Source: Felis catus
Taxonomy: Eukaryota
Assembly (NCBI RefSeq): GCF_018350175.1
Contig: NC_058368.1
Coordinates: forward strand, 39,310,001-39,374,000
Direction: 5' to 3'
DNA: 64,000 nucleotides
Both the position numbers and the translations under genes were made by a program. Under the pieces are notes generated by a model. That model saw only the letters and a list, made by a program, of their open reading frames with translations, searched no databases and had not been told where the DNA came from. Shown piece by piece: positions 24,244-37,711 of the stretch; the first letter of the stretch is position 1, and each line of letters opens with the position of its first letter.

Positions 24244-25749
24244 AGGAACAGACTAATGAAGAGAGGGACTGGGTACAAATAAAGATGAACAAGTGGTTTA
24301 GACAAGTTAACAGGTCATCAAGGTAGGAGTATGTTGGATGGAATTAGACAAGAGGCTCTATAACTAGCCACAGAGAAGAGAGATGTTCAGAGCTTGAGCA
24401 GTGACACCAAATGAGACCTAACAAGGAAAAAAAGCAATAGGAAAAGAAGAAAATCAGGCCGATTTACTGCTTTCAATTTGTCATTAGTCTCTTTCCTCCA
24501 GCACAATTTTTTCCCTGCATTCACACTGTATGTCTTTAATTATTTATTTTATTTTTTGATTCATAATACATTAAAAAAAAACCTTGCAGTGAATAATTGT
24601 GCTTTCTCCTGTTTCCTGATTCGTTTTGTTTCTAAAAACGACTGCCACAGATAACCCCCCCTTTTTTTTCACATACTATAGATTCTCTCAGTTTCTTTAG
24701 GCAAACAGAAACATGTATTAATCTACATTCTTGCCCTCCTCCATCATTTGTATGCAAAATTATACTCTAGAGACAGTGTTCTGCTCCTTGCATTTTCATC
24801 TAACTATAGGTTTTGGAGCACTTGTCAGAGTAGTATTTAGTGTCCTTGGTCATTCCTGTTTATAGCTACATATCAGTGCTCTGCATTGCTGCACTATCAT
24901 TTATTCAAACCTTCCCCTTTTGATGGACACTAAGGAGGTTTGTTATCTTTCCACCTTCAAACCTCTTCTAATTAGTTTTCCTTCCTAGTTATTACCTCTC
25001 CTGTCCTTTTCTTTCAGAAGAAAAATCTGAAGGAAAAATTTTTCAGTAGGAAAATCATATGGAAGAAATAAACCACCATGAAAACTTAGTAGTAAAAGAT
25101 TAATGCCAAAAAACCTAGTACAGTGCAAATCCAAAGATGTCACTATGCTTAATTTTTTTTAATCACATTTTCTTAGAAAAGACTCACTAACATTCATTAG
25201 TAATTGATGGCTTAATTTCATCAATATTTCATACTGGTGATCAATCAGGTTTAGGATTCAAAACCAATCTAATTATTTTGTTCATACTCATTATTCTTCT
25301 TGTAGATTATATAAGTAAATATATTAGTAATTTCTGATGTATACTTATTTAAGGCCAAAGAAATAGGCTTACATTAAGCCTGCATTAGATGTTAAAACAT
25401 GATAAACTCCCAAGCACTGAAAACCCTCTCTGGCTCTGGCTCCCACTTTTCCACACTTAATCCCTGATAAATACAGAAAGAAGGAATACAATCACAAAAT
25501 AAGTTTACATGATTCTTGAGTTAGTAAAAGTTTATGAATTCCTAGTTTTATGACAATACTTTGGATATCTGCCTAGACTTCTAGTCTCCCGTTGAGATGC
25601 TCAGAGGAAAGGAACACAAAGCAGAGATGATCAACTCTACGATCAACCTCTGTGATGTAACCTTAGCCCTGAGAAGTGGCTGACCAGTTTGGAACTCCCG
25701 TTTCCCTGCTCCCCTTAACCTAGGTGTGCAGGTGATTCACACTCCTTTG

Positions 25750-26037
25750 CCAAATGGGATTTATTATATTGTGCTATTTGTTTGTAATGACATTTATGGG
25801 ACAAGCTTTTTGATGAGCCTTTTCTTCTTTGCCAGCTGGATATAAATAAAGACCAACCAATGGGAGGTGGTGGAGTTTCAGATTGGAAAAGTACGGTGTT
25901 CTGGATCCAGAATATAGAAGAAGGTGCCTGCTTACCTGGGAAACCCCACACAGGGCTGTCATAGGAGCAAAACAAATTTCTATTACGATGACCCACTGCA
26001 ATTTGGCATATGTATTTTTTAGCACCTAGTATAACAA
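25750..26037 (+). mobile_element. Degraded MLT1-type (MaLR) LTR fragment
   Basis: 3' end AAATTTCTATT...CCACTGCAATTTGG...TTAGCACCTAG resembles the MLT1 terminus; left boundary uncertain. Confidence 0.45.
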
Positions 26038-26367
26038 TATTTAATATAAGACACATCTGCACATGAATTTGTACAAAATTTACAATGAGCCTTCTGAGTG
26101 TTTCCTCTCTTTCCTTCCTTCCCATTTTTCTTTTTTCCTTCTCTTCTGTCTATTTAATTGAATCAGTTTATGTGCTTATTGACTGAAATGTTCTTGAGAT
26201 ATGTTCCAAATAATCAGGCATCTATAACTAATTCCTGAAGACTTTGATGACACACCCCAGTTAGGCTGCAGCGGGTGTCTGCACAGCTACACAAATTCTG
26301 GTAATGAGAACCTCAAAAGAGAGTGGTAGAGAAATAAGGCCTTACTTTTGTTAAGTAAGTGCATCAT

Positions 26368-26462
26368 TGCAGAGCCTGACGTGGGACTTAAACCCCCAAA
26401 CCATGAGATCATGACCTGAGGCAAAGTCAGGCGCTTAACCAACCGAGGCAGCCAGGCACACC
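26368..26462 (-). mobile_element. Can-SINE 5' fragment
   Basis: GAGCCTGACGTGGG...GAGATCATGACCTGAGGCAAAGTCAGGCGCTTAACC. Confidence 0.85.
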
Positions 26463-29400
26463 AAGAGAGAAGGACTTTCAGTGGAGGCAAAGCCTCTTGT
26501 CTTTCACTTCAGCGTTAAGAAAATTCTCAGGACTAGTTAGATATATGCTCCCCAAAGCATTCTGGCCTTGGCTGATACATAATGTGTGGTGCCAGAGCAT
26601 CTATGAAGAAATTCTCAACATTTGTCTCCAGATCATACAGGCATATATAATGTTTTATTGTAATGAAAATCACATTTCACCAAAAAATTAATGATGTATT
26701 ACATAATACTAAGTTGAGTTATAAAAGACGGAGTGAATTTGGCAAAATGTGAGGAACAAGAAAATAGAAACAAAAAAAATTTTCTGTATATTTGATGTAT
26801 ATTCCAACCACTGAACACACATGTTCTCCCCTATCTTATTTGTTCAATTTCCTTCCTTCTCTCAGTTAAAGCACTGGGAAGAAGTCTTATTGTCAGCCAT
26901 TAGTTAATGTTTTCAGTGATTACTCACATTAGATTTTGCTTAACTTCTGCAGCTTGGATTCCCCAAATGAGTATTTCAAGCTGCTTACTATAAACTATAA
27001 ACTGGGTTCATGTGAACAATAATTATTTTTTTAAATATATCTTTAAATACATCTATGTATTTCTGTTAGTTACATATCTCAAACAAATGATTATCTGAAG
27101 AGGGATCACCACTCCAGTGGTACAGAGGAAATACGCAATAGAGGAAATAACAAATCTCCCATCACCTAATCCCAATGTGCCTTGACGCAGGCATGCCCTA
27201 CAGTTATGAGTGTTACTTTGTGAATAAACCGAGACCCAGAGAGATTTGGTAATCAAATTGTCCATAAATGCAGTATTCAGAGTGTATGTGCAATGGCGTA
27301 ATTGAGCTTCAGAAGTATTAAAAAGCAGACTGTTCATTTATATTTATAATCAGGGCAGACATGATAGAACAGAAGAGAATTTGTTCTTTATGTGCTAACT
27401 TATTCTATACAGGAGCAAGATAAAAGTGAGAAAGATTTCCCAAGTCTAGCTCTTCACAGTCAATAGCCATACACACCATCTTCACACATCTGACTTTTCA
27501 CCTTCCAGAAAGACATTTTCTTTTGAAAAATGCAGTTTCCTATAGAAGTAGAGGCTTTCATCCATGTGTCTCAGTTCAGGTTATGTTGCACAATTTAAAT
27601 TTGAGGACACATGAGTTCCTTTCTATAGAATAAGGTAGCACACCAAGAACATATTCCCTTCTGTTCTGTCTCTTATGCTCTGATTATAAATTTAGATGAG
27701 GACTACTTGCTTTTAAATGGATGTTAAGCCCTAATACAAATTTGACATACATTTAAAATGTCCCCATTCATGGATTATTCAAACACCAAACACTTTGGGT
27801 TTCAGTTTATTTATAATGTTACACCCACGACTGTGGAACATTTCATTAACAAGACATGATAGAATTATGTAATGAGAGATTCACTCGTTAGCAGTGTGTG
27901 CCCCTTCCACACTCCTCAAGGTGGGTGGTCTCTTTCCACATAATCATTTTCTTTAACAGATATCACTAATACAAATTTGCACATATACATTATGTTGAAG
28001 CATAAACATTTTTGGAATTCTGGATTAATTTCAAATAAAATATTTTAATGATAAATTCTGGATTAATATCAAATAAAGTTTATCAAATGAAATTTGTTAC
28101 TGGTAGATTCCTTCATATGTCTAGCACTACTGCAGTTTTACCCATGCATTTCCGGCTCCTGACGGCCCTGACCACCACCCCTAGGCATGTTCTCTCCTGG
28201 TATATGATTAGGTGCTAAGGAAATTTTCCCAGATCTCAAGACTGACTGATATTCCATTGTTATGTTTTCTAATGAGAACTTTATCCTTTTCTTCATACTA
28301 CATATTGTAGTTATTTGGTGGTTTTTTTTTTTTTCTTTCTTTGATTCTGTCTTTTAAATTAGTTGAAAATTCTAAAAGCACTCAATCAAATGATTGGGTC
28401 TGTTTGGGATCCTGTTGTACTCTCTTGTAGAGCTCAATGCCTTTCTGGAAGCTCAATATGTTAATACATTTTACCTAAGGTTGAGACACAACTGTATCCT
28501 TGGTTACATTCAAATATAAGGTTATATAGACAGAATAGAAGGAGCTGCCACCAAAGAATTCAAGATTTGATGCACTTCTAAGGATACTCTAAAATAGAGA
28601 CATTTGCAACTTGTGATTTTCACCAGAACATTTTATAGCTGGCATGCTTCTGGCTTTTTCCTTTCTTATTTTTTTATTTCAGTGTGATTTTTTTCTTTTT
28701 TTTAACATCCCCGACGTGAACATTTCAAATTGAAAGAAGCCAACTTGCAAAGATTAAAAGTGGAGAAGGAGGACACTGCCACCAAAATAGCTTTGGCGAT
28801 GGTGAAGAATAAGCTCAGATCAAGTGTAAACTGATTGGCCAGCCTGTAAGCCAAAGGTCTTTTCCACAACTATTGCTTTTTGGAGGGCCTACTTCTTCTA
28901 TTCCAGTTCTTTCCAGATTATCCTCTACCATGCATAAGATCTAAGAAAAATCATCACAATTCAATATGGTTCATAACATATATTTGATTATAGGATATGA
29001 TATGTAATGTGTCCTGAAATGCCGACTTTACATTATCTTTGCTACTGACATAAAAGGGCCTGCTACACCCTCTGCACAGAGGGGAAATGCTTGAGTACCA
29101 TCTATGGCTGTTCTGCTGTTGCATTCTAGGTTCACTGTTGTGTCATTAGTGCCTTAATTAAAGCTTTGTAGTAGAAACGATGGCCTGGGTTAAACCATTT
29201 GTGTATATGTTTAACACATTACATATAAGGTAAGTTAAATAGTATCAGATCCTTGTATAATAAGAACCAGATCGTGTTAAATTATACAGGTTACTTGTTT
29301 TAGGCTGAAGCCTTACCGAAAAAATATGTCCCCAAATATTTTATAAAACCATTAATATTATAATCAGCAGTGTCTTATCTTATCATCAATGACATCTCCT

Positions 29401-29656
29401 AACAATGCAGATAATTGATCAGACATTTAAATGCTCAGTTATTTTTCAGACAGATGTATGTGTCTGAAACATAAGTTTCATCTCATTCCCTTCAGAGAGA
29501 ACTGACATTTGAAAGCCAAATCTTTATATATAACATAGCTGGAGACAATGTGAAAATAATTTGGCCTTCATTATCCATTGGAAGGAAAGCTTTTCATTTT
29601 ATAAAATCTCCCATTTTGGATCACAGTCTCAGGATGATTCTAATCAAACCATAATC

Positions 29657-29891
29657 AGGGCGCCTGGGTGGCGCAGTCGGTTGGGCGTCCGACTTCAGCC
29701 AGGTCACGATCTCGCGGTCTGGGGGTTCGAGCCCCGCGTCAGGCTCTGGGCTGATGGCTCAGAGCCTGGAGCCTGTTTCCGATTCTGTGTCTCCCTCTCT
29801 CTCTGCCCCTCCCCCGTTCATGCTCTGTCTCTCTCTGTCCCAGGGATGAATAAACGTTGAAAAAAAAAAATTAAAAAAAAAAAAATCTTTC
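29657..29891 (+). mobile_element. Young feline Can-SINE
   Basis: CpG-rich body; perfect 17-bp TSD CTAATCAAACCATAATC at 29640-29656 and 29892-29908. Confidence 0.97.
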
Positions 29892-31778
29892 CTAATCAAA
29901 CCATAATCGACATGGAAGGACACCTTCCAATTAATTTAGATAGTAAAAAACAATCTGAATCAGGATAAATGAAAGCCTTAAAAATTTATGGGATTATTGC
30001 TGAGTGAATGTGCCATAAATATGCCAAGATTTCACACAATAAGCATGCTAAAAGAGTCTACTGAGATCGAATGTAGAGATGAACAAAGAAACACCTCATG
30101 TAGGGTAAGAGATTCTGAGATTTAAACACCTTTTTGATTTACACCTCTTGGCTAGTCATAAATAGATACTTCACCTGTCTACCCATGGGAGGTCTTTTTT
30201 AAACACATTGATCTGAACTTTAACTAAACTTTTTTTTTTCAATTACAGTGCAGTAGTCTTTTGAATATCCATGCAAATGTAGGAGAGCTTCAGTAGATAA
30301 GAGAAAACAAGAGTTCATTCAAACCACAAATCATATTTTGCTCCAAACAGGGTAGTGAAAAATTATTTACCACTCCAGGGAAAATACCTAAGTACAGTCA
30401 ATTTGTCTTGCACTATATCTGGTATAGTCATTTTTATTTGGCAATCAACTGTATATATTGCCTAAATACCTAAAACTTGAAAGTCCTAAAAAAAGAAAAA
30501 AGAAAGAAAGTACTTTTATAGGCAAGGCATATACATGGTTTATTTCTTTTCAAGAGAGAATTATTAAGTAATTTTCTACTGTGTGCAAAATGTGTCATGT
30601 CATTTTAGCAACAGGATAAAACAACTCAATCAGTAACAATATTTATAGTTTGAGACACTAAAATAGCTCTCTTTTAGGTACAAATGCTTAATTGTATTTC
30701 ATTTAGTTTATAAACAGTGTGATTTAAGGTATGGGTCTTTAGATTCATATTATGAATATCTTGTATGTAATATGCAATACTTTCCACCAGATTGGTGATA
30801 ATAATGTATGTAGGTAGAAAGATGGATAGAGAGACAGGCATATGGTAGGATTTCTGGTTACACTAAAAAGGGTAATAGGCATGGGGATATATCAGGACAG
30901 GCCTAAACTTGTGGGTGTTTGGACCTCAGTGTTCCATATAAATAAACAATGTTTTATAGAAGAGATGAAGCCTGCATGGAAGAAATCAATAAACGGGCAC
31001 TTGGAGACAGGAGTCAACATGATCACTCTTTTATACAGAATCGTTCTGAGTGCTTTTAAGAAAGACGTTATAGGAACAAAACCTAAAGATTATGTTTAAC
31101 CAGGGAATGAATGAATGAATGAACTTATTTGTTTATGACATGAGAATAAGCAGTCGGGAAATTGAGAAGTATGAAGGGCATAGGGACATTTCTAAAATTT
31201 TTGCACAGAGTGGAGGGAACAGGGTCTGCCACTTGGGCTCCTCCAAGCTCAGGAATTCAATCTCCCTTAAGGAGGATAGCAGCAGCAGTGAAAGTGGCAA
31301 GGCCAGGTTTGAAACATTTTTGTCAGTAGCAGACATCATACAGGGGGCCAAAATGGAAGACAGATAAGAAAAATGAAAATAGTATTTGTTATTATGCATG
31401 AAATTCCCCAAAGGACTTTTAAAAATGATTGGGGAGAGAGGCCCTTTGAATGGGAATTGAGTTCCTATGTTAAGTAGGTAGAAGTCATGATGCAGTTAAA
31501 TTGGAGCTCTTATTGATAATTTGATTTCAAATATAAACATAGCTTTGTGAGGTCTGCACAGACATACAGATATATATGTATAGCACGAAATGAGTGAATT
31601 ATACATCTAAATGTACATAATACACACACACCCATACAGTCTGTGACTATGTGTGAAATATGCATCTAGATGTATGATTCCATTCATGCAGTGATGGCAA
31701 TGAGGAATACTAAAAACTATGAAGGAACACAAATTTATCTGCTATCTAATTCAAGGGTATATTTCTTTGTAGTGAATT

Positions 31779-32189
31779 TATTAGTATCCTAAGGCTGCTA
31801 TAATGAAGTACCACAGACTGAGTGGCTTGAATAACAGAAAATTCCTTTCTCATGGTTCTGGAAGCTAGAAATCTGAGATCGAGTTTTGGCAGGGTTGTTA
31901 CTAATGGAAGGATCTATTTCAGGACTCTCCTTTGCTTATCTTTTCTTTGGCCATCTTTTCTTTGTGTCTTCATGTCATATTTCTCTGTATGTGTCAAAGT
32001 TCAGATTTCTTCTTCTGATAAGGACAGAAGGACCAGCCGTATGGAATTAGGTCCCTCCCTAATCACTTCATTTTTAACTTAAATACCTCTGTAATGATCT
32101 TATCTCCAAAATACAGCCATATTCTGAGGTACTGAGGGTTAGGACTTCAATATATGAATGGAGGAGGGGATACAATTCAGTCCATAGCA
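31779..32189 (-). mobile_element. MLT1A/B/C-type MaLR solo LTR
   Basis: ATTAG...GCTGCTATAA..AAGTACCACAGACTG.GTGGCTT...CTTATCTCCAAA...ATTCTGAGGTACTG.GGGTTAGGACTTCAA...ACAATTCAG. Confidence 0.85.
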
Positions 32190-32241
32190 GCAAAGTACTA
32201 TTTCTTTCCTCTAAATGAAGACAATGGGCCCATTTAATAAA

Positions 32242-32244
32242 AAA

Positions 32245-32279
<35 letters not shown>

Positions 32280-32281
32280 AT
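32242..32281. repeat. (AAAT)10 microsatellite
   Basis: Directly visible. Confidence 0.95.
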
Positions 32282-32649
32282 ATCTGATGTATTTTGTCAA
32301 TGTTGATCCTGTTGATCCTTTATTTAGAAATGTATTGACTTGATTTATTTGGTGGAGTTGGGATGGGAGAAAGTTAAGGGAAATCACTTTTCAGAATGCT
32401 TTTTATACCACTTTTCTTAAATAAAGGATCTGTTTTCTTCCTGTTTGTTGAATCTATAATCTATACCTTCATTCAGTCTTCTGTAATGTGTGACCAAATG
32501 TGAACTATGAATGTTCTCTTAAGAACATCATCCATATTTTTACATAATATTTTTCCATGTTTAGAGAAGAAACGCCTTTCACAAACAGAAGTTCAGAAAC
32601 ATGCCTTTCCAAACAGCAGACTGGTTGCTTTTGCTAGTCTTGCTCAGAG

Positions 32650-32980
32650 TTCGATGTAGTTCACAGTAACAGTGCTGGCTTTTTATAAGCAGTTTAAATA
32701 TGAAACAAGGCAACTGTCAATGGCTCAAAGAGCATGCGGTGCGTTGTTTACTACAAATGAGTTGCGCAGAAAAAGCCTATCGATGCACTCAGGTTGCCAA
32801 GTATGGTGGCTGGTTCATGACGTCACCACCGGACGCACTATATCTGGGAAACTGGTTTCCCAGAATACTGATGAGAGCAGTATTGAAGAAAGTTTGAGAG
32901 TAGTTTTCATGCAGTGGAAAATAAGTTTGCTTTGATATTTTAAGGATAAAACACTTGAAAAGACGGCAACTATATAAAAG
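32650..32980. promoter_or_regulatory. Candidate promoter/enhancer: CRE, MYB, RFX-half and STAT-like sites between divergent TATA boxes
   Basis: TGACGTCA 32818-32825; CAACTG 32711-32716; GTTGCC 32793-32798; TTCCCAGAA 32857-32865; minus TATAAAAA 32687-32680; plus TATATAAAAG 32971-32980; local CpG excess in non-repeat DNA. Confidence 0.55.
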
Positions 32981-33247
32981 TGTATTTTACATAAGCTTTC
33001 ATTATTTTCAAACTAGTTTTCTTGTCTGCTAATTAAAAAGAGCTAAATCTTAAAAAGCCATATATATAGTTTATATTGGACTTAAAGAAAAATGCTGAAT
33101 GTCTTAATTAAATTCGGTTCTACCATTTACTCCTTTTGTGAACTTGATGGCTTACTTTTCCCCTGTGTCCAAGATTTATTTTTATTTTCTGAACATAACG
33201 GGGGTTAAACGATTTGAAGTTCTCTTACAGTGTAATAAAATATTCTT

Positions 33248-33280
33248 TTTTTTTCTTGTTTATTTATTTTTAAGACAGAG

Positions 33281-33319
<39 letters not shown>

Positions 33320-33484
33320 ATGAGTGGGGGAGGGGCAGAGAGAGAGGGAGACACAGAATCCAAAACAGGCTCCAGGCTCTCATCTGCCAGCACAGAACCC
33401 GACCCGGGGCTTGAACCCACGAACTGTAAGATCATGACCTGAGCCGGAGTCGGAGGCTTAACGACTGAGCCTCCCAGGCGCCCC
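33248..33484 (-). mobile_element. Feline Can-SINE with long (GA)n
   Basis: Reverse body ending CCAGGCGCCCC; perfect 12-bp TSD TAAAATATTCTT at 33236-33247 and 33485-33496. Confidence 0.96.
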
Positions 33485-34364
33485 TAAAATATTCTTATTC
33501 AATATTTCTAATATCTTTATTAGGAATGATACAGTAAACAGAGACAACTCAAAATATAAATAAACTAATTAAGGCTCATAAATTACTTTATTGACCCAGT
33601 GATCCAAGAGTTAACTCCTTTTTCCTGTGCAGGGTGGATACAGAAGGCTATTAACACTGAGAGTTTAAAAATTTGTGGTAAATAAAACACTTCTCAATTT
33701 GTGAACTATATATAGCCCAGCATCAATATTCAAAAGGCTACAGAAAAACAAAAACAAACCAAAAAAAAAAAAAAAAAGAAAAACAAAAAAACGACTTCAT
33801 TACTGCTCTCACTTTCTAGAAAAGGAAATCATTATTATGTTTCCCTGCAATAGCTCAGCAAGAAAACATTGCTCTATTTCATCCAATCCTAGAATCTGGG
33901 CATTCTGAGTTTGTTTGTTTTTTTTTTCTTCTATTGAGATAAGAGAACAGTAAGCATTTGAATATACTCTTGACCTTAAACTTTTGGGTATCCCATTCTC
34001 TACAACAACCAAGTATGACCTGAGAAAGCTGATGATGTTTGAGACTACTCATATCATAAGGTCGATGTGTTCTAGGATGATTATTATTTTCTCCCCTAAT
34101 ATATACTATCTTATAATTATTAGAGAATAATGTACTGAGTCAACAGATGGTCTGGTGTGATGTAACTATTATTGAGATGATAAAAGCAAAGGGTAAATGT
34201 TTTAAATGTTTAACTTCATAAAAGCAAAATAAACCATTAAATTTTTAATCTCATGACACATCTCTATCTCTGTCAACTCACATCTCTTTTATCTCTGTCT
34301 GTCTCTATCATACCATTATTTTTATCCAGAATTAGAGTCATAAGTCATCTTTCCAAACTTACAT

Positions 34365-34560
34365 TTCTAAGCAGAATGTTTAGTTGTTGAGAACAGATTC
34401 ACCTCACTGACTCTGTAACCTTGGCAAACTTTACAGTGTCAAAATAGGGAGAACACTAATTCTTCCCTAGTATTATGATTGTTAATAATTGAAAGAATTA
34501 ACATGCCTGAAATGTATAAAAGAGATCTTAGCACACTTTTTATTCACAATAATTAGTGAT
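34365..34560 (+). mobile_element. MIR remnant
   Basis: CTCACTGACTCTGTAACCTTGGCAAA...AAAATAGGG...CTTAGCACAC resembles the MIR core. Confidence 0.55.
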
Positions 34561-35999
34561 GGCAAAAATAATGATTATGATGATGATTCATTTTTTTGAA
34601 ATAAATCAGATGCCTTATATGTACGTAACATTTTTCAGTATTAAGGGGTTTTTTTTAATTATTATAGTTTTTTCTTCTCTCGTGAATGACAATGCTGCAG
34701 CAAAAAGAATAAATCTCCTGTATAAAGTCATGAATATGTTCCTGATACAGAAGAGCCACAAAAATAGTCTTTTGTCTTGATCACCAACACATCCCTTTCC
34801 TCAAGTGTTAAGGAAGTAGAAACATCATTTCCTGGGGAGGAGAGCGGGGGAGGTAGAACTGTCACTTACTTTTGTAACAAATTTGTAATATGACTTGTTC
34901 TACTTGCAATTATTGCTTTGGTGTCTGAAATTATTTTAAAAATTGAAGACTTTTTCTGAAATTGCATTTGGTTGTAAATAGGCTCCATCTCCTGGTGACT
35001 CACTCCAGAACATTCATTTCAATGATCCTGACATAAACTTAATGCCTCAGAATTCATCTCTGCTGTTTTCTTGCAAAACTCTGTTTACTGAAACAACTAT
35101 TAGCCTACCAGGGCAGAGAGTGTCTTTAAAAGAATAGTTAAATAAGAAGTAGTCAAATAGATTATACTTCAAAACCTTGTTAGTATAGCCTTATTAGTAT
35201 ATGTTTTAAAGCATAAATTAATGAAACATAAATACTGCTTTTTAAAAAAATATTGCTTTTTTGAAGCATAAATATTGTAGTGACAGATGGTAGTTATTTT
35301 GTGATATTTCTCATCATCCTGTAATATGTCATTGTGTATCTTACAACTGCTGGCATTCTCTCTCCCTCTCTCTAATAGAGGAAGTTGTTCAAACCTTGAA
35401 GACAATGAATACTTATCAAATAAGGACTTACAAAAGTTAAATGTCTTACTACATGTAAAATGTTTTAAAAAGTGCTCAGTGAATAGGAGGGACTTAGCAA
35501 ATAGTAAAAACTCCATAAATGTTAGTTGTTGAAGAATTATTATTGTTATTACGTTATTAATGAAATCCAATGTCTATTGTTCCTGAACATATACTTAACT
35601 TTATGTTTCAACTTCAGCCGAACAACAAAAGATGACATTTTCATTACAGGACGTTTTACTATTTTCTACGTACCTTCCATGACCATCTCTTAGAAATAAA
35701 AAGTGTGGGAAGTGATACTATTTGAGCTTTTTAGTTGTCGAAGTGAAGTCACTGGATGTTTCTACTTCAATTGATATAACAAAGATATAACTTCACAAAA
35801 GAGTACACCCTCACTAGTACAAAGAGTCTGTTAGATAAAGGAGCATAAAACATTTTAAGGGAGGAGATTTGAGCAAAGTGGTTCAGTGTTTTTTTTTTTT
35901 TTTTATTCTTCTGAGTTCCTGCAGTTGAATGCTGCAGTAATTTAAGGTGAGGCCAACCAGAGGAGTTTTCCAGTAGAGAAATGTCATCTTGTTTGTGTC

Positions 36000-36930
36000 C
36001 AGCTCATCACTCATCCACTTTACTACTTGCCAGCAACACTAGCATACGACCTTCTGACTGCTCTGTTATAAATTGCTATCATGTACCATTGTGCATCTGG
36101 CAATTGCTGGCATGCTGGCTGTAGTTTTAAAGAGGTAGTTCTCCTCCTGAATACTCAATACTCCAAATGGCCTTCTTGTTTCCATTTTTGACTTTTTCCA
36201 TCCATTCTTCATATAACTGCCAGCATCTTTTCAAACACAAATCAGATTATGTCACCTCACTTAAAACACTCCAGTGGCTTTCATTCGTATAGGGAAGAAA
36301 TTCAAAACTCGTTACCATGGCTTACAAGGACCTCGTGTCCTAGCCGCTGATCTGTCTGACCTCATCTCATAGGCTGTCGGCATTCATCACATCCCAGCCG
36401 TACCAGCCTTTTCTCTCTTTCTCCATGGCTCACCTGCCTCAGAGGCCTTGAACTAGCTTCTGCTTCTCCCTGCAACACTCTTTCAGATGATTTTCACATG
36501 TTGGCCCTTTATCATCATTAAATGGTCTGTTCAAATGCAACTTTCATAAACGTGTCTTCTCTAGACTAGAAAATCTGAAGTACTTGTCCACCCCTATAAT
36601 TTCTATCACAGTTATCAATTATTCCTATAAAATAGCATCACCTGGGTAATTTAAAATAAATCAACAACAAAAAGCCTATGCCTGGGCCCACTCCCCAGAC
36701 CAGTTAAGTTAAAAAAAAATGTGAGGATGAAGTCAGGGCCTCATTATTTAAAAAATGTCACCAAGTGATTGTAATATACAACTAGAATGGGCAACCACCA
36801 CTCTAGTATGTCATTTGTTTCATTTTTTCTTTCAAGAATTACCTCATTTACAGGTTGATTCATTTGTATATACTCACTTTTTCCCCATTAAAGCGTAAGA
36901 TCCGCGAGTGCAGGCACGTATTACTGATTT
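36000..36930. mobile_element. L2 3' remnant with a nested MER5-like fragment (~36630-36800)
   Basis: AAATCAGATTATGTCAC..CTTAAAACACTCCAGTGGCTT...CATGGCTTACAAGG is L2-like; GCATCACCTGGG...GGGCCCACTCCCAGACC is MER5-like. Confidence 0.65.
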
Positions 36931-37189
36931 TCACCTAAGTTTGAAAATCAATATTAAGCAGACTATGACTATTTGAAAAAGAAATATATGATCTAAATTT
37001 CCAGCTCAACAACTAGGTTAGATTTTGTAGCAAAGCTTAAAAATCATTAAATAATATTTATTAAGGGTAGATGTATAGAGATCTTAATAGAAAGTTGAAG
37101 AAGAAGGGCTTTTGAAAGCAATGATCAATAGTTCCACCTAGAAATTTATGAAAGTAAAGTTGCCAATCATTAAACACCTAATAGGGTTA

Positions 37190-37475
37190 TGTCTAAGTTT
37201 GAATACTCCAAAACAAACCCTAAAATGAAGATTTGGGTGTAAGTTTTAGGAAGGTAGTAAAGTAAGACAATGAAAGGTGCTGTGTCAAGCACAGCTTCCC
37301 AGAGGGTAACTTGGGTTCAACTCAACAGGAAAATTCTAGACAGTTTAGGTGACATCATTGAGTTGTCCCAATAAGGAATATGTTTATTGTAGTTTTATAT
37401 TCTGGGAACCATTAGCAGCAGTTTAAAATTTGTGCATGAAGAAATATAAATAGTTGGTTGTTGTTGTGGTTGTGG

Positions 37476-37508
<33 letters not shown>

Positions 37509-37663
37509 TTCTGCACCAGAATAAAGGGGATTCTAGCTGCTAAAGTCAGGCCTCCAGAAAGATACAGGTGCTGCTCTGGTGTAGGAAATCACACTAACAG
37601 CCAGCGTGTAGGAGAATAATAAAGGGATCCTGGGAGATATTAGAAGAACTCCGTTGTGTAGAC
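37190..37663 (-). mobile_element. Old ERVL LTR (LTR16/LTR33-like) containing (GTT)n at ~37457-37507
   Basis: TGTCTAAGTTTG...AAACAAACCCT..ATGAAGATTTGGGTGTAAG start resembles the element at 41090; boundaries approximate. Confidence 0.5.
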
Positions 37664-37711
37664 AAAGCCAAGATTCACGAGTCCAAATTTTCTCAAAAGA
37701 CAAAATGCATT

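Noticed and set aside
25715..26125. 136-aa minus-strand ORF
   Set aside because: Overlaps a degraded MaLR LTR; no recognisable protein
28016..28077. Short direct repeats with a spacer (also 10630-10667)
   Set aside because: Only two copies each; ordinary local tandem duplications, not an array
30842..31411. Three 82-92-aa ORFs, considered as a possible endogenous viral element
   Set aside because: No viral motifs recognised; the region resembles decayed L2
32650..32870. Possible type-3 Pol III gene (TATA plus ZNF143-like site ~200 bp upstream)
   Set aside because: No convincing PSE, no nearby T-run terminator, and no resemblance to a known snRNA
32672..32935. ORFs over the CpG-rich segment
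   Set aside because: Short, with no recognisable homology; better explained by local GC content of a regulatory element
35169..35570. 133-aa minus-strand ORF
   Set aside because: Low-complexity AT-rich frame overlapping a MIR-like remnant
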